Part shown: piece after piece, positions 39,576-55,140 of the stretch | Numbering within the stretch: the first letter of the stretch is position 1 | Layout: each line of letters opens with the position of its first letter | NCBI GenBank assembly: GCA_951406725.2 | Contig: OX597818.1 | Span: forward strand, 8,246,001-8,310,000 | Direction of reading: 5' to 3' | Source of the DNA: Octopus vulgaris | Lineage: Eukaryota | DNA length: 64,000 nucleotides | Translations under genes and position numbers: made by a program | Notes under the pieces: model-generated | What the model saw: the letters and a program-made list of their open reading frames with translations, nothing else | Databases searched by the model: none | What the model was told of the DNA's origin: nothing

Positions 39576-41526
39576 CACTGTCAATGTTGATAACATTTGT
39601 AATGGCAATAATTGGGGTGAGGAAGGAAAGGTAGATGTAAAGAAGGTGGGTCTTGTCATGTGATCGTTATTGCGATATTTGTGAGTTATTTCACATGACT
39701 ATGGCGATGTCGATGACACGCTGGTAGCAAGGAATAGTGAAAATGGCAGGTAGTGATATTGTGGAGATATGGATATTTGTGTTGCAGTTGTTATCGATCA
39801 AAATATTGGTAATGACGATTCTGACGATGATGATGCTGATGATAGCCAATCATGACAAAACGTATGTAAGGAGGGGAAAAAAAAGACTGAAGTGCAAAAA
39901 AGGAAAAATAAACAGCAGATGGCTCTTAAACACATACGCTGCAATTACATGATATAGATTGTATCGCAGTAAAACCAATTATGGTTGTTACTTTGTTCCT
40001 CCCAGTAAGGAAGCTCATTTCAATCACAACTAGGGTAATTTTGAAAAAGAGGATGTGCTCCATCACCACCTTTCTCTTTCCTTCGACTTTCTCTTAATGC
40101 ACATTTATACAAAAAAACATACATAGGTATGTAAATAGATACACACATGCATATATATGTGTGTGTGAAGGTATGTATATGTGTGTATATATATATATAT
40201 ATGTATGTATATATATATGTATATATATATATGCATGTATGTATATATATATGTATATATATATATATTTATATATATATATATATATATATGCATATAT
40301 ATGCTTGCATATATGCTCCTGATTTTGCATGCATCAATAGTAACGCCAAGAGACACACCTCCCATAGACATCATGATAGATACATCTAATGATGCAAAAG
40401 AAAAGTACTTTGATTGTGGCAGAAACAATTTTGAGCGTATAACCATTTATATCTTGTTTTTACTTTTTATGTGTGTTTGTATCTGCCTATATTTTACTTT
40501 ATTCAATTGAATGCTTGTATAGTAGAGATTGTTGCCTATATACCAAAACCCATGTGAATTTTCAGATGAGTGGTCAGCATTATCTGATTCAGTGCACTGA
40601 ATACTGTGATGCTCATAGAGATTTCAGTAAAATGACATTATTTTTCAGATAGTACAAAGCAAATTTGCAGTTGTGTATAAACAGTATGTTGTATGAATAT
40701 TTTAGGCTACCCTGCACAATTATTTGCATCAAATGGATGTTCTTTACGATGTGATGTATTGTATTTGCAGTGTCTGACGGTCATCTATATTCACCGAAAC
40801 ACTTCGACACTATGTGACTCGTGTTCTTCCCATCTACTCATCAACCAGTTTTGTCAAAACAATAATCTGGTTTCTGCACGACAACAAGAGTGGATTGTAA
40901 TCTGTGTTTAGTTAAAGAGTTACTTAGAGTTATGGATGGATATACATCTGAAAATGTATTTTTAGGTGATAAACGTCCTACGTTAATGATAAAATGTTTT
41001 GTTGATATGAGCAGTTTTCTTCCATGCTTCACTACTTGTAAGTAATCGCTTCGGTATTGCTTTACTTTGATACTGACAGGTATTGTTAATATTGTCATAT
41101 ATGCTCATGTATAAGACTTTGTGCTCTACTTGGAATACTGATCACCAATTGATACCAGATTCATTATTCCATTGCCAAGATCATCGCTAGAATACGCGAA
41201 TGATCATCATAATCATGTTCTTTAACCATTATGTTCGCTGCTCCTCTGAGGAGTGCCATAGCTTTTGCTTCCCGGCATGCATTTACAGTTAGTTCATCTC
41301 GTCAACTTCAGTCGAGCAAAAAGTGAAGTCTGTTAGACATTCCATGAATTTGCCAACAATTCATTAACATCAGTGAAGACGACCTCAGTGAATTAGCCAT
41401 GACAAGTTCATTGCATGTCCTATTCATTTCTGATGGATGACTGAAATTTTAATGAGATCCCACAAATGTAGAATGATAAATTACAAAATAATTTATCACT
41501 GGTGTACATTAGTGTTACTAACAAAG

Positions 41527-42014
41527 TATATAATGTAGGCCTTTATGTCTAGAAAAAGAAATCAATCTTCCGATAAAACATTCCATAAAGTCATACTCAA
41601 CGGAGCTTCTAGAATATGAATTAGAAAGTATTGAAGATGTGTTTAAATAAGAAGTACATACACATGTGAAAATGTACTCAAAAACACGCGTACATATATG
41701 TATCCATTCATCTTCTTCCCCACTATCCTGCAGAGATTTGGGGTAATTCTACCCCGCAACTCCTCCATAGTGACCTATTAGAAGCACTAAATCTCATCAA
41801 AATTTTAGGGTCAGTTATCGGTCCCAAACACAAAAATGTTCATATATGTATACGTGTTTGTGAGTACATTTTCACATGTGTATGTACTTCTTATTTATAC
41901 ACATCTTCAATACATTATAATTCACATTCTAGAAGCTTCGTTGAGTATGACTTTATAGAATGTTTAATCGGGAGATTGATTTATTTTTCTAGACATAAAG
42001 GCCTACATTATATA
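41527..42014. repeat. Long inverted repeat: ~174-bp arms with ~140-bp spacer (MITE-like or PLE-type inversion)
   Basis: 41527-41700 is the reverse complement of 41841-42014 with scattered mismatches (e.g. TATAATGTAGGCCTTTATGTCTAGAAAAA); TATA at both outer ends. Confidence 0.9.
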
Positions 42015-42439
42015 TTTGAAAATGACCATGATATTCTGATAGGCTGGCGTATGGAATTTGAGCCCCGTTATCTAGTAATCGGAAACCCCGAATGTGTAAT
42101 TGGGTATTTTAAGCTTTAACTTTTATATAACTTATGCACATAAAATAAGCAACCATATTGAATTTTTCTTGCAAATTACTTCGTGTAACAGCGCCAATTT
42201 TCCCGATCTGCAGTGTTTGGCATCGGTAAACGCACAGATATTATGTAAAGTGTAAAACACTAATTATATTTTCTACTTTCATATTATTATACACAATAAC
42301 ACACAGAGACACACAGATACACTCACTCTCACACGCACACAAACATATGTAATCATATACACGCTCATATGTATGTATGTATGTGTGTGTGTATACATAT
42401 ATATACATACATAAAATATGTATATATAAAAATATGTAT

Positions 42440-44400
42440 GTATACTTTTAATAACAGTTCAACGCAACTGCATACTGGAAGTTTCACATGCTCGGAGGCC
42501 AAACCTGTCTCATCAAATAAATAGCTATGACTAAAGAGAGTAGCATCACATTCTAGATGACTTCCAAACGAATGTTCTCTATTTGTCAAAACAGGTCACG
42601 TGGGGTTATTGATCGGAAATCGTTATCAGTTCATTTCTTTTTTCTTACGTCCAGACTATTACACCTCTTTCGGTTTTCCTGATCCATTTCTTAATTTCAC
42701 CAGACTGGCACTGATGTGACATAGGTAGTCATAGATGGGTCTATGAGATGAGATGAGTCAGATATAAGCTCTATTTTCTAGATACAATCCCATTAGTATT
42801 AGTTGTTGTTAAGTCAAGAATTAATACATCACCCACGTTTATATCCTTTGATTCAACAAAGTCGTCAATCAATTAGGAAAATAATAAACAGTACATGATC
42901 GAGCAAGCTGCTTTGCACAGCTTCTAATTTTAAAGAGACATCCGTGGTGCCCTTCAACACAGAAATTTCTGTTTACATTGTCGAAAACGTCTCACGTCAA
43001 GCAATAAAAGACATCGTCTTATAATTTGGCACGTAATCCAACTGAATCTTCTATGTAACGAATTTCAATTAGAATATGTTTCTATGCATGCAAACGCTGC
43101 GTTATTACCAAATAGTACATTGCTGCATAGTGTTTTCTGATAGAGTGAACAAGATTTTCAAAAATGAACAGGGTCTGATTCTTCCCAATAATCGAAACAA
43201 TCAACAAGTTTTCCTACTTTGTTAAAAATATGTTGATGGTTGAACTAATTTTAGCATACATTTCTGGCTTGTAAATATATCAAATGACTGAAAATTTGCA
43301 AACGTTATTCAATGAGTGTTAATGAATCCTCTGATTTCGTTGGTTTATGTATCTAGCTAAATAGTCCAGTATTGTTGACTAGCCTTTCAGTCAAGGTGTG
43401 GTCTGTTATAATTTAGGAGTTACCTTAGAAATATTCTCAAGGTCATAAAGTACGTTATTTCAATACCTGACTAAGAAAGGTATTTATTCTTTGATCATTT
43501 GAAATCCACTAATCGTTTCTCAGTGTACGCCTCATTGAGGAAATGCCACTGATTCATTATAGACGTTTCTGGTGAGCGATATTCCAGGAGATACTTTGTA
43601 CTTCGCTTCATATTTAGAGAGCTTATGTTTCTTCAGTAGTTCTATGTAAACTAATCATATTTTCGCCTTGTATCCTTTAAAACAAAATAGAATATTCAAG
43701 TTCAATTCTACTCGAGACGATAGCCCTTTTTGAACTTTCCGTTTGATAGCTAGATTATAGTAAACCTTTAGAAACATCATGACTGTCGAGTTGTAATTGT
43801 GCATTTTGGTATTTAGCGTTCCTCCGCCTATAAATTGTATACTTACAAATCTTATATTTGTGTTTACATGAGTTGGTGCAACACTCAGCTATTCTTCAGC
43901 CAAGTAATTGTTAATAAATGAATCTAAGATATGTATGTGAAGAATTTAGTCACAAAGATTCAAGTTTCCCCGCAGCATTTTCCAGTTCATTCATTTCATG
44001 TGTTTGTTTTATTCCTCCATATATTTCATTGATGAAAATCATGTATGAAGAGATTCTGTTTTGTCTTTGGTATTATAGTCACAGTTTTAAAGAATATCAC
44101 ATAGAAATTGATTTCCAGAGGGTAGAGTACATGCATGGTTTTCAAGCAATATGTTATACTGGGTTCCGCAATGGGACTAGGATGATGCTTTTATTGCTCA
44201 GTAATTCTGAAAGTTGTCTCAGTGGAGCAAAAGTAAATTTTATCCAAAACAAAGCTCTTTACTTGATTGTAAGTTCTAAGTGAAATTTCATAAATGAATA
44301 AAAAATGTCAACACACACAAAGCCCATCATATAGAGGCTTTAGAATCTAGTGTCTAGTGTCATACTTTCATGATGGTATTATCTGGTATTTTACTTGCTA
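42440..44400 (-). pseudogene. Possible very old Penelope-like element
   Basis: Faint RT-like traces (FRYID-like near 43050) and a 3' hammerhead-like UUGAUGA..GAAAC-UUCCA-GUA at 42472-42516; no ORF. Confidence 0.3.
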
Positions 44401-45962
44401 CTATCAATCAGCTAGCCCATATTCTGCATGATTCTTCGTTGCAATAGCGTTGCTATAAGAAATATTTTGGCAAGCCCGGCTTCTTTTCAAAGAACTGTAA
44501 AAGTCGTAGTGTTGAAGGTACAATTTTAAAACTGTCTCTAGCCAAGTAGATTAGATAGATAAACGAGATTCTGCGTGTGGAAACGTTTCGTATGACAGTG
44601 GCCATAGTGGAGAAGAAGAAACATGTATATAAGATAGCGGGGTACCGCACAAATCATACTAGCTAAAATATGCGGTGGTTAAAAAGAAAAGATATTCTTA
44701 ATACCTTGGATTCGTGAACTTAGTTTAAATATCAGCACAAGATGATAGTACCCGAAAGAGCTTAGTGGAAGGATCAACTGTATATAAAACGGAGAATTAA
44801 ATAAGCTGAAGACTGCTGGAATGAGATTTTATTGAAAATGGTTCAATAAGAGGAATAAGACAGAATCGAACCTCATATCTCTAGGATTTACATGGGTGAG
44901 AGAATGATCATAAGTGATAGGTGTTTAAAAGATTATTAAAATGTATAACCATTAAATGAATAAATGTTTTAAACGGATGGCTTATTATATAATTAACAAA
45001 TTAAATAGAAACATATTATCTAATAAAGTAAATAGATTAAGTAAATAGATTGTTGAGTAATTTTTGGCATAATTAAATATTTAAAGAGATGCTTCATGAA
45101 TACTAAATTTTTTAATAAATGATACAGGATACGTAAGGGGATATATGAAGCCAAATGTTATATAGCAGGGATATTCTAAGGGTACATGCAGCTGAGATGG
45201 GATGGGGGGTGAGGGTGTTAAATTGAATAATATGGTATTATTATGTGGTGTTGCATGATGTAACTGTATAAGGAATGTAACATGGAACACAATTATGGTT
45301 TTCTAGTTGTGAATAATTCTCAGCTTCTAACTGTTGGAGCCTCCGGTTTTAGCATATTCAAATATCCTCAATAAAAGCCCAGAATCCCAAATGGAATTAT
45401 TGAAAGTAATTAGAGGCTAATACGATGTCGCAAAAGCAGACCCAGCAGAAGCTTCACGCAGAATATTCATAGAATATTGCTATGCGGGATGGAAATCCTT
45501 TTGTGCGAAACATGCATCAGGTACGAGCTTGTTATACACACACACGCACATATACATAAAGAGAGAGGGAGATGGGGTGAGAAATGTGTGTGTGTGTGTG
45601 CGTGTGTGTGTGTGTGTATGAATGTGTTAGCGAATGTATATGTGTCTGGGTATACAAACACATTTCTTTATGTCGAAGATTTATTATTAATAATACGTAA
45701 AGTATTATCAATAAAGAATGACGCTCGTCAGTCGTAGTCGACGATGAGGAAGGACATCACATGGGAGAAAAGGACAGGTCATGAAGTGTCCGGCTATGGT
45801 TGATCAGTCAATCTATTCTTGAGAGGACACTGACGCAGATCAGGCATTATCGGTGTACAGAAACTGAGAGCATGGAGTTGGCTGTGGACTTACACAAGGG
45901 CCTAGTAGCCAAAGTGTTGCGGTCAAGATCGCGAGTTCTCGGTGAAGTTTATTTGAATTGGC

Positions 45963-46048
<86 letters not shown>

Positions 46049-46109
46049 TGTGTGTATCTGTGTGTGTGTATCTGAGTCTGTGTGAGTGTGCGTGGATTTT
46101 TTCTGGTAT

Positions 46110-46405
46110 GTCTTGTTTCAGTCATCAGTCATTAGGAATTAGACAGCGGCTACGCTTTGAGCAACGCTTCAAAGACAACTGATTAGACCACGTTACATAT
46201 ATGTTTAAGCGTAGTACTTATTCCATCGGATACTTTTGACGAACTGCTACGTTACCAGAAAGTGAACACACTAGTGCCGGTTCTCAGTTTCAGCTTTCGT
46301 CTACCAAATAAACGCATAAAGCGGTAGTCGAAGAGAGTTGCCTAACGTGCCACGCAGTAAGGCTGAACCAGAAACCATGTGGATTGGATGAAAACTTCTT
46401 ACTAC
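46110..46405 (-). mobile_element. Second-family SINE, degenerate
   Basis: CCAATCCACATGGTTTCTGGTTCAGCCTTACTGCGTGGCAC head and ATGACTGAAACAAG tail. Confidence 0.65.
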
Positions 46406-46449
46406 ATACATAGATAGGCAGATAGCTTGCTAGATAGATAGATAAATAC

Positions 46450-46486
<37 letters not shown>

Positions 46487-46512
46487 ATGCATGCTGATAT
46501 AAATACCTATAC

Positions 46513-46579
<67 letters not shown>

Positions 46580-46845
46580 TATATATACACTTATGAATTT
46601 GTGTTGCATTCATATTTTTGCCAAATAAACAGACGCACTATATATACGTTCTTCACTCGTTTAGTCTAGAAGAAGCGGAGCAGGAGCACGCAAGTGAACG
46701 GAAAATGTCGGTGAAGAGGTAACAGATGTTTGATAAAAAATTCAGGTCAGTGGACATCAGTTAAAATAAGAACAGTAATAAATGGGTGAAGAACAATTTA
46801 TATAGTGCGTGTGTTTACATACATGTTGACATATAATTACATATA

Positions 46846-48446
<1,601 letters not shown>

Positions 48447-48583
48447 CGTATACATACATTCACTCAAACACACATGCGCGCAGCCTATCCCCAATAAAAC
48501 ATATGTACATATACGCACATTATAGGTAGTTCGATAAAAATTGCTCTAAGAAAATTTACCCTTCTGCTTATCAACTTGATATG

Positions 48584-49483
48584 TTGGGTCATCCTATAAA
48601 TAATACGGATTTTTCAATTGCATGAATTGAAAGTCGGAATGGGATAAATTAAACAACCTGCATCAACTTGCTATAAAAGTAGGTAGTAATTCTAACTTAT
48701 ATTTTATCCATTTCTTAGTCCAAGTTTTGAAAAGTGCAGTCCAATTTTGACAGTTATTGTTTCGAAGCTATAATGAAAGTGACAAAGGAGCATATTCGGC
48801 ATATCTTGCTTCATGAGTTTAATAAAGGCAACGACGCAACGAAAAGTGCGAAGAATATTAATGCAATGTGTAAGGATCAGACAATAAGCATAAGCCAGTG
48901 TCTACTGTGGTTCCAGAAATTCAAAGTCGGAAACTACAGCCTAGAAGACAAGCCACATCGTGGAAGATCTGCAGAGCTCGACGAGGACGTCCTGCAAACC
49001 CTGGTGGAATAAACTCTCATCGTACATGTTGTGAAAGTAGCAAAGAAGCTTGGATTTGATCATTCGACCGTTCATCGACACTTGTAAACAACGATCTTTA
49101 GTTTCAAGACGGAAAGTGTACACCCATCAGGATAATGCTTGTCCTCATACAGCGAGAATGACATCCCAAACGCCGGAGTAGTTTGAATGGGAAACGATGC
49201 TCCAGCCAACGTATTCGATGGATATTGCTCCATCTGATTTCATTTATTTCGCTGTTTTCAAAATCATTTGGGCAGAAAAAATATGAGTTCTGTAGACGGG
49301 ATCAGAACAGTACTGGAGGAGTATATTCCGTCATGTCTAGCCGATAGATGGAAGAACATTGTAGAACATTAAGGGGAATATATTTTAAATTAAAAAATAA
49401 CTTTATTTGTCTTCATTTTGAAAAACGAAGTATAAGAAATAAACGAAGTATAAGAAACCGGGGTTATTTATGGAATGACCCAA
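48584..49483 (+). mobile_element. Mariner transposon, internally deleted derivative
   Basis: TIRs TTGGGTCATCCTATAAATAA / TTATTTATGGAATGACCCAA+TA; HTH MKVTKEHIRHILLHEF..WFQKFK..LEDKPHRGR; HQDNACPH and YS.DIAPSDF; the first catalytic-Asp region is missing. Confidence 0.9.
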
Positions 49484-49617
49484 TACATTAAATTTAACAC
49501 GCTTTGTATTTACTGTATTCGCAAATATCCATTTTTGAGATCCTTGTATCCAATATACTTTATATGCAACGCTAAAATATTCATTGTTGAAGGATTTTTG
49601 ATACATTTTTCTTTTAT

Positions 49618-49928
49618 TCTTTTATTTGTTTCAGTCATTTATCTGTGGCCATGCTGGAGCACCGCATTTAGTCGAACAAATAGACCCCAGGACTTATTCT
49701 TTGTAAGCCAAGTACTTATTCTGTCGGGCTCTTTTACCAAACTGTTAAGTTACTGAGTCGAAGGCACGCCAACACCGGTCGTCAAGCGATGATGGTGGGA
49801 CAAACACAGACAAACACACACACATATATATAGTAGAAAACACTTACCCAAGGTGCCATGCAGTTGGACTAAACCCGAACGATGTGGTTGATAAGCAAGC
49901 TTGCTACCGCTCAGCCACTCCTGCGCCA
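49618..49928 (-). mobile_element. Second-family SINE
   Basis: GGCGCAGGAGTGGCTGAGCGGTAGCAAGCTTGCTTA head; GGTGCTCCAGCATGGCCACAG tail. Confidence 0.85.
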
Positions 49929-50330
49929 TGTTCATCATGCCATTGCAAATCTTACTTATTTGACCTTGTTCTTCTATCTTTCTCTCTCACTCCCTTCCTC
50001 ACCCACTCTCTCTCGCTCACTCTCTCTCTCTCTCTCTCTTTCTCCACTCTCCTACTGTATTTGAGTGGTCTGTCAACTTCCTGAAACATTTAAAAGCACA
50101 CTTTTCAAGGTGGCAATCTTTTATTGTCCAACGTCACCATATTCTTGCTCGAAAACCATAAATTGAGGTTTATAATCTTTGGCATGTAGTCTGTTCCTTT
50201 TCACAGTTTCCTCAACGCTTTGAAGTAGGTATTGACGTTTGTGATAGCATTGAATTAAAGAGCTATATTATTTCCATAGTCTGCATATGTGATTCCATAT
50301 GAATAACAGAGTTTGTTTTTTCAAGGAACT

Positions 50331-50331
50331 G

Positions 50332-50393
<62 letters not shown>

Positions 50394-50545
50394 TGTAGCA
50401 GCAGCAGCAGCAGCAGCAGCAGCCGCAGTAGGAGGAAGAAGAGGAGGAAGAGGGGAGGAGGGGAGGAGTAGGAGGGGGGTAGCAGCAGTAGTCGTGGTAG
50501 TGCTGGTGCTGGTGGTGGTGTTTGCAGTAGTCGTAGTAAAAGCAG
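50331..50545. repeat. (GTA)n(GCA)n(GGA)n compound microsatellite
   Basis: Directly visible; a similar tract resumes at 51525-51630 after the SINE array. Confidence 0.9.
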
Positions 50546-50547
50546 TA

Positions 50548-51500
50548 AAAGTCAGTGACCTGAGAGAAAATTTAGCACGCCGATCGAAATTATAAGCGGT
50601 ATTTCGACTGCCGTTACGTTCTCAGTTCAAATTCCGCCGAGGTCGACTTTGCCTTTCATCCTTTCGGGGTCGATAAATTAAGTACCAGTTACGCACTGGA
50701 TTCGATATAATCGACTTTATCCGTTTGTCTGTCCTTGTTTGTCCCCTCTGTGTTTAGCCTCTTGTGGGTAGAAAAGAAATAGGTATTTCGACTGCCGCTA
50801 CGTTCTGAGTTAAAATTCCGCCGAGGTCGACTTTGCCTTTCATCCTTTCGTGGTCGATAAATTAAGTACCAGTTACGCACTGAGTTCGATATAATCGACT
50901 TTATCCGTTTGTCTGTCCTTGTTTGTCCCCTCTGTGTTTAGCCTCTTGTGGGTAGAAAAGAAATAGGTATTTCGACTGCCGCTACGTTCTGAGTTAAAAT
51001 TCCGCCGAGGTCGACTTTGCCTTTCATCCTTTCGTGGTCGATAAATTAAGTACCAGTTACGCACTGAGTTCGATATAATCGACTTTATCCGTTTGTCTGT
51101 CCTTGTTTGTCCCCTCTGTGTTTAGCCTCTTGTGGGTAGAAAAGAAATAGGTATTTCGACTGCCGCTACGTTCTGAGTTAAAATTCCGCCGAGGTCGACT
51201 TTGCCTTTCATCCTTTCGAGGTCGATTAAATAAGTACCAGTTACGCACTAGGGTCGATATAATCGACTTAATCCGTTTGTCTGTCCTTGTTTGTCCCTTC
51301 TGTGTTTAGCCCCTTGTGGGTAGTAAAGAAATAGGTATTTCGACGTTCTTTAGGTTCTGAGTTCAAATTCCGCCGAGGTCGACTTTGCTTTTCATCTTAT
51401 CGGGCTCGATAAATTAAGTACCAGTTGCGTACTAGAGTCCATCTAATACACTGGCTCCTCCCCCAAAATTTTGGGTCTTGTGCCTAGAGTAGAAAAGAAT
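50548..51500 (+). mobile_element. Meta-core SINE concatemer: head + 4 x 184-bp A-units + B-unit
   Basis: Units start at 50598, 50782, 50966, 51150 and 51334 (exact 184-bp period); the last unit has a different tail ending GTGCCTAGAGTAGAAAAGAAT. Confidence 0.92.
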
Positions 51501-51593
51501 AGTTATAGAAGTACAAGTAGCATTAATAGCAGCAGCAGTTGTAGTAGTAGTAGTAGTAGTAGTGGCATCATCGGCAGCAGCAGCATCAGCAGC

Positions 51594-51630
<37 letters not shown>

Positions 51631-53633
51631 CCCTCATCAGTTCTATAGAAACCTAGCTAATCAATTTTGACAGGCTTTTCGGCAATGATTTTTACGCATT
51701 TAAAAAGAAGGGACTATTATGTAACGCGTCCCATTTTTCAGACGGTGGATTGTGCCGACTTCTCTACTTAGCATAGGTAAATGATTACAAGATATTGGTG
51801 CCGTTCACTGGATAAAAGCAAGTTTTGACATCACAGTCTATTATACACCAACACTCACCCAGGTTACAGGCGAGTAAAAGAATTAATTTTCAATTTATGA
51901 GATTGATAGGCCTTATATTTTATCATGTATTGTCTTATTTAACTGGACTCCTTCGCATAAATTGCCATTCAACTGTAAAATTATGAACATAACCTTTACT
52001 TGATGAGGTTCTTCAGAATATTCCACCCAAATATTTTCACTCGGGGGACTAGGGTCTATGGCAATAGTCACGGAGTATGTTACTATGTGGGTTTCAACTA
52101 GATGCGTCATTTGTGGAGAATATATGATTCACTCTATGATAGTTTCATAGGTCTGTTAAACGTTTGAGAAAACTAAAAGCAATGATGGACGTAGTAATAT
52201 TTATGAATGCACGGATTTCCACGCTTGATATTTGAATATTTAATGACCCAAAAATAAGCAAAATCCTGTGGAAGTGGATGCGCGCGAAAACTATTTTTAG
52301 AGCAAGGATGAATATACTCTGCTAAAAGATGAGTTGTATTCTGACTGCTTTTCCATCATTCTTAGCCACACGAAAAGATCTTGAGAATTAGAATGACTTA
52401 ATTTAAAACAAAAATGGAAAAAATAGTGCTTTTTAAGAGTAACAAATGCCATTAAAATATAATTCAATAATACAAAAGGTAACAAATAATTATCAACGTA
52501 TTACAGCATTAAAATTGTATAGAATACAGTTGAATGTTACCTTAATACAATATAATCATAAAGCAAGTCTCATTGACTATTGATAATATATTAAAGGTAA
52601 TTTGTGAAGAAAATGTTTGAAATACTAATGTGTGTTATATTCAACTGGATTATGGCTTGATTTCGTGGAAAATCCTGTGAACAAGTGAAACAGGAATCCG
52701 GATTTGTATAAAATTCTGCACGACAATAATCTGATCAGAAGATTTCAAAGGCTTAAGAAGTTTGTAGACGGTGAATTTGCTTGATATTCTGTGAATGATA
52801 GACGTTTTTATTTAGTTTATATCTGTGGCTATTGTTCTAGTTGGTGATAATGCTGTGTCGTCTTTTCTCTTAGCTATAACTGCAAATATAATGAAGTGAA
52901 TTTTCTCAAATGAGATGAAGACGCAATTACAGTACACAGAAATGTGTTATTTCATTTTACGTCATCCAAAATACACACACGTTAAACAAATACAAGCAAT
53001 TTATTTAAAGTCAACGTATCGCTTGAGTGTGGTAGTTCTACAGTTATCGCACTAACATGTTTACACCATTTATACAGATATTTAGCTAACTCCTTAATAG
53101 TTAAACAGAAAATACAAATACTAAACACAGCCTGTGCTTATGTCATATTTTAATGTTAGTCATATTCCAGGATAAGAAGATTTCAAAATCTGCTATTCCA
53201 TTTGTAAAATTTGTGCAACAGATTTGACATTGAATGTTATAATTGGTTTCAAAAGCCTAGTTTAGTTAATGAAATGTTCGAGAAGAATTAATTTTCTTTT
53301 CTTTCGGTTCAGGTATATTGATTGAGTGATTGAGGCTTAGAAGCGGTACTGACCACATAACTAGAAGTTACAGTGTTATGATTATAGTCATTATTGATTT
53401 TCATACCTCAGCCAATTAGCTAATTAGAGATTTTATATATATCACCCAATTAACAACCGGCAGCAGGACATCATACAGGCTCAAAGAGCAATTGTTTCAA
53501 TACAAATACCTTATATGCTTATGAGATGTGTATATATGCAGTCAATATATAAGAGAAATTATCGCAATGTCTCGTAATAAGTAAATTTCAGGATGACCAT
53601 GCAACATTCTACGAATGGAAAATGTAATATATG

Positions 53634-53711
<78 letters not shown>

Positions 53712-54229
53712 GAACTTGTGTAAATATGTATAGAATTTGTGTAAATTGAACTGATATATTATCAGTTATATAAAGTTAAAACATGGTCTGATTTTCACGT
53801 TTATGGTATTTTAATAAAAAAAACATAATCTTTTTCACAATGTTGAAGTGTTTTAAACATTAAAACAAAAAATATCGCGTAATGTTCATAAAGTTCAATT
53901 AGTGCTTTCATACTTTCGTAGTAATCATCAAATGTCAAAATGATTTTAATTGACAGTTGAGCCGTTGACAACTATAGTAAAATTAGTGACTTCTTTTTTG
54001 TACCACTAAGAAGGCTCCAAGAAGCCCAATGTTTGGACTATGGTTTTGACAAATCCCTATGCAGCTTAAAAGTCACAGTTTGCCGGGCACGCCCAACTTT
54101 ATTTTAACCAATTACCTTGCGGTTTATATGTAGTGGTTTTATGAGCGTTTTTATTTCAGTTGATGGGAGTCTTCTGTAATTTGTTTATGTGTTCGAGATA
54201 TTTTTTCCTACACATCATTAACTGGTTGT

Positions 54230-55140
54230 TAAATTATTGTTGGTATTTCCATTCAGAGCAGGTTGGAACTTTTTAAGAAACTGTTTTTCTTTAATATTTC
54301 TTCTTGCTACAGTGTCATGTAGTTTTTAGAAAGGAAAAATTAGAATAATTTTCTGACGACATGATTCTATTAGTTGACTCAATGGAATTTGTAGAACACA
54401 GGTTTTTCGGATTTCATGTCTGTGGACTCGTGAGCGTTCCGATAATGCATTCCTTGTCTCGCGAATATATAGCTCCTCGCAAATTGGGCATTTAATGCAG
54501 TAGATCAAATTTCTACTTTGCAGTTCGTAGTCGCCTTTGCGAAAATCTGTCCATATTTTGTTCTAATATATTTACCAGTATGCATGTATTGACATGTTAC
54601 ACATCTGTTATCATTAAATTTGGCTATTGTGAATGTTTTATCCTGTTTGTTCATGTTTAATTTTGCCTTTGTTAATAGTTTCTTTAAGTTATGTGGTTGC
54701 CTTTCACTTAAGATAAGTATTTGATTAGTTATTATGTTTTGTATTTTTTTCCTTTGTTTTATGATGGGAAAATTCGTTTTGATGATGTTCAGAATGCTTT
54801 GGTTGTTCGGATTGTTTGTTACTAAATGGCATTGTGTGCTGTTGATGTGTTCGTCAATCTCGTGTTGACCTAAGTTGCTCTATAGTTTTTTTTTTTTTTT
54901 TTTGCTCGTTATATACTATTTTCTATAAGTACGAGAGGGTAGTTTGCCTGAACAGAAATACTTTGAGTTCAATAAGTATTCTATAATTTCATAGTATTTG
55001 GATTATATAATATGCTACAAATTTTCCTGGCTAGAAAGAACTGAATTTTGCGTTTTGTGGCATGATTTGAAATGTAATAACTGGTGTGTGTCTGTGCTTT
55101 TTTCATAAATATCAGTTGTGATTGAAGTGTTGTTTTTAAT
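54230..55140 (-). pseudogene. Penelope-like element fragment (RT C-terminus + GIY-YIG endonuclease)
   Basis: TDIY..TDTHQ.LHFKSCH, KRQPHNLKKLL, RCVTCQY, IYCIKCPICEELYIRET..LSERSRVH. Confidence 0.8.

Noticed and set aside
50598-51500. CRISPR-like array or repeated 63-aa peptide genes
   Set aside because: Units are near-identical end to end with no unique spacers and no cas genes; the ORFs are antisense by-products of a SINE unit.
51900-52260. AP-endonuclease remnant on the - strand (similar faint LINE traces at ~29200 and ~44800)
   Set aside because: Motif resemblance too weak to support without a profile search.
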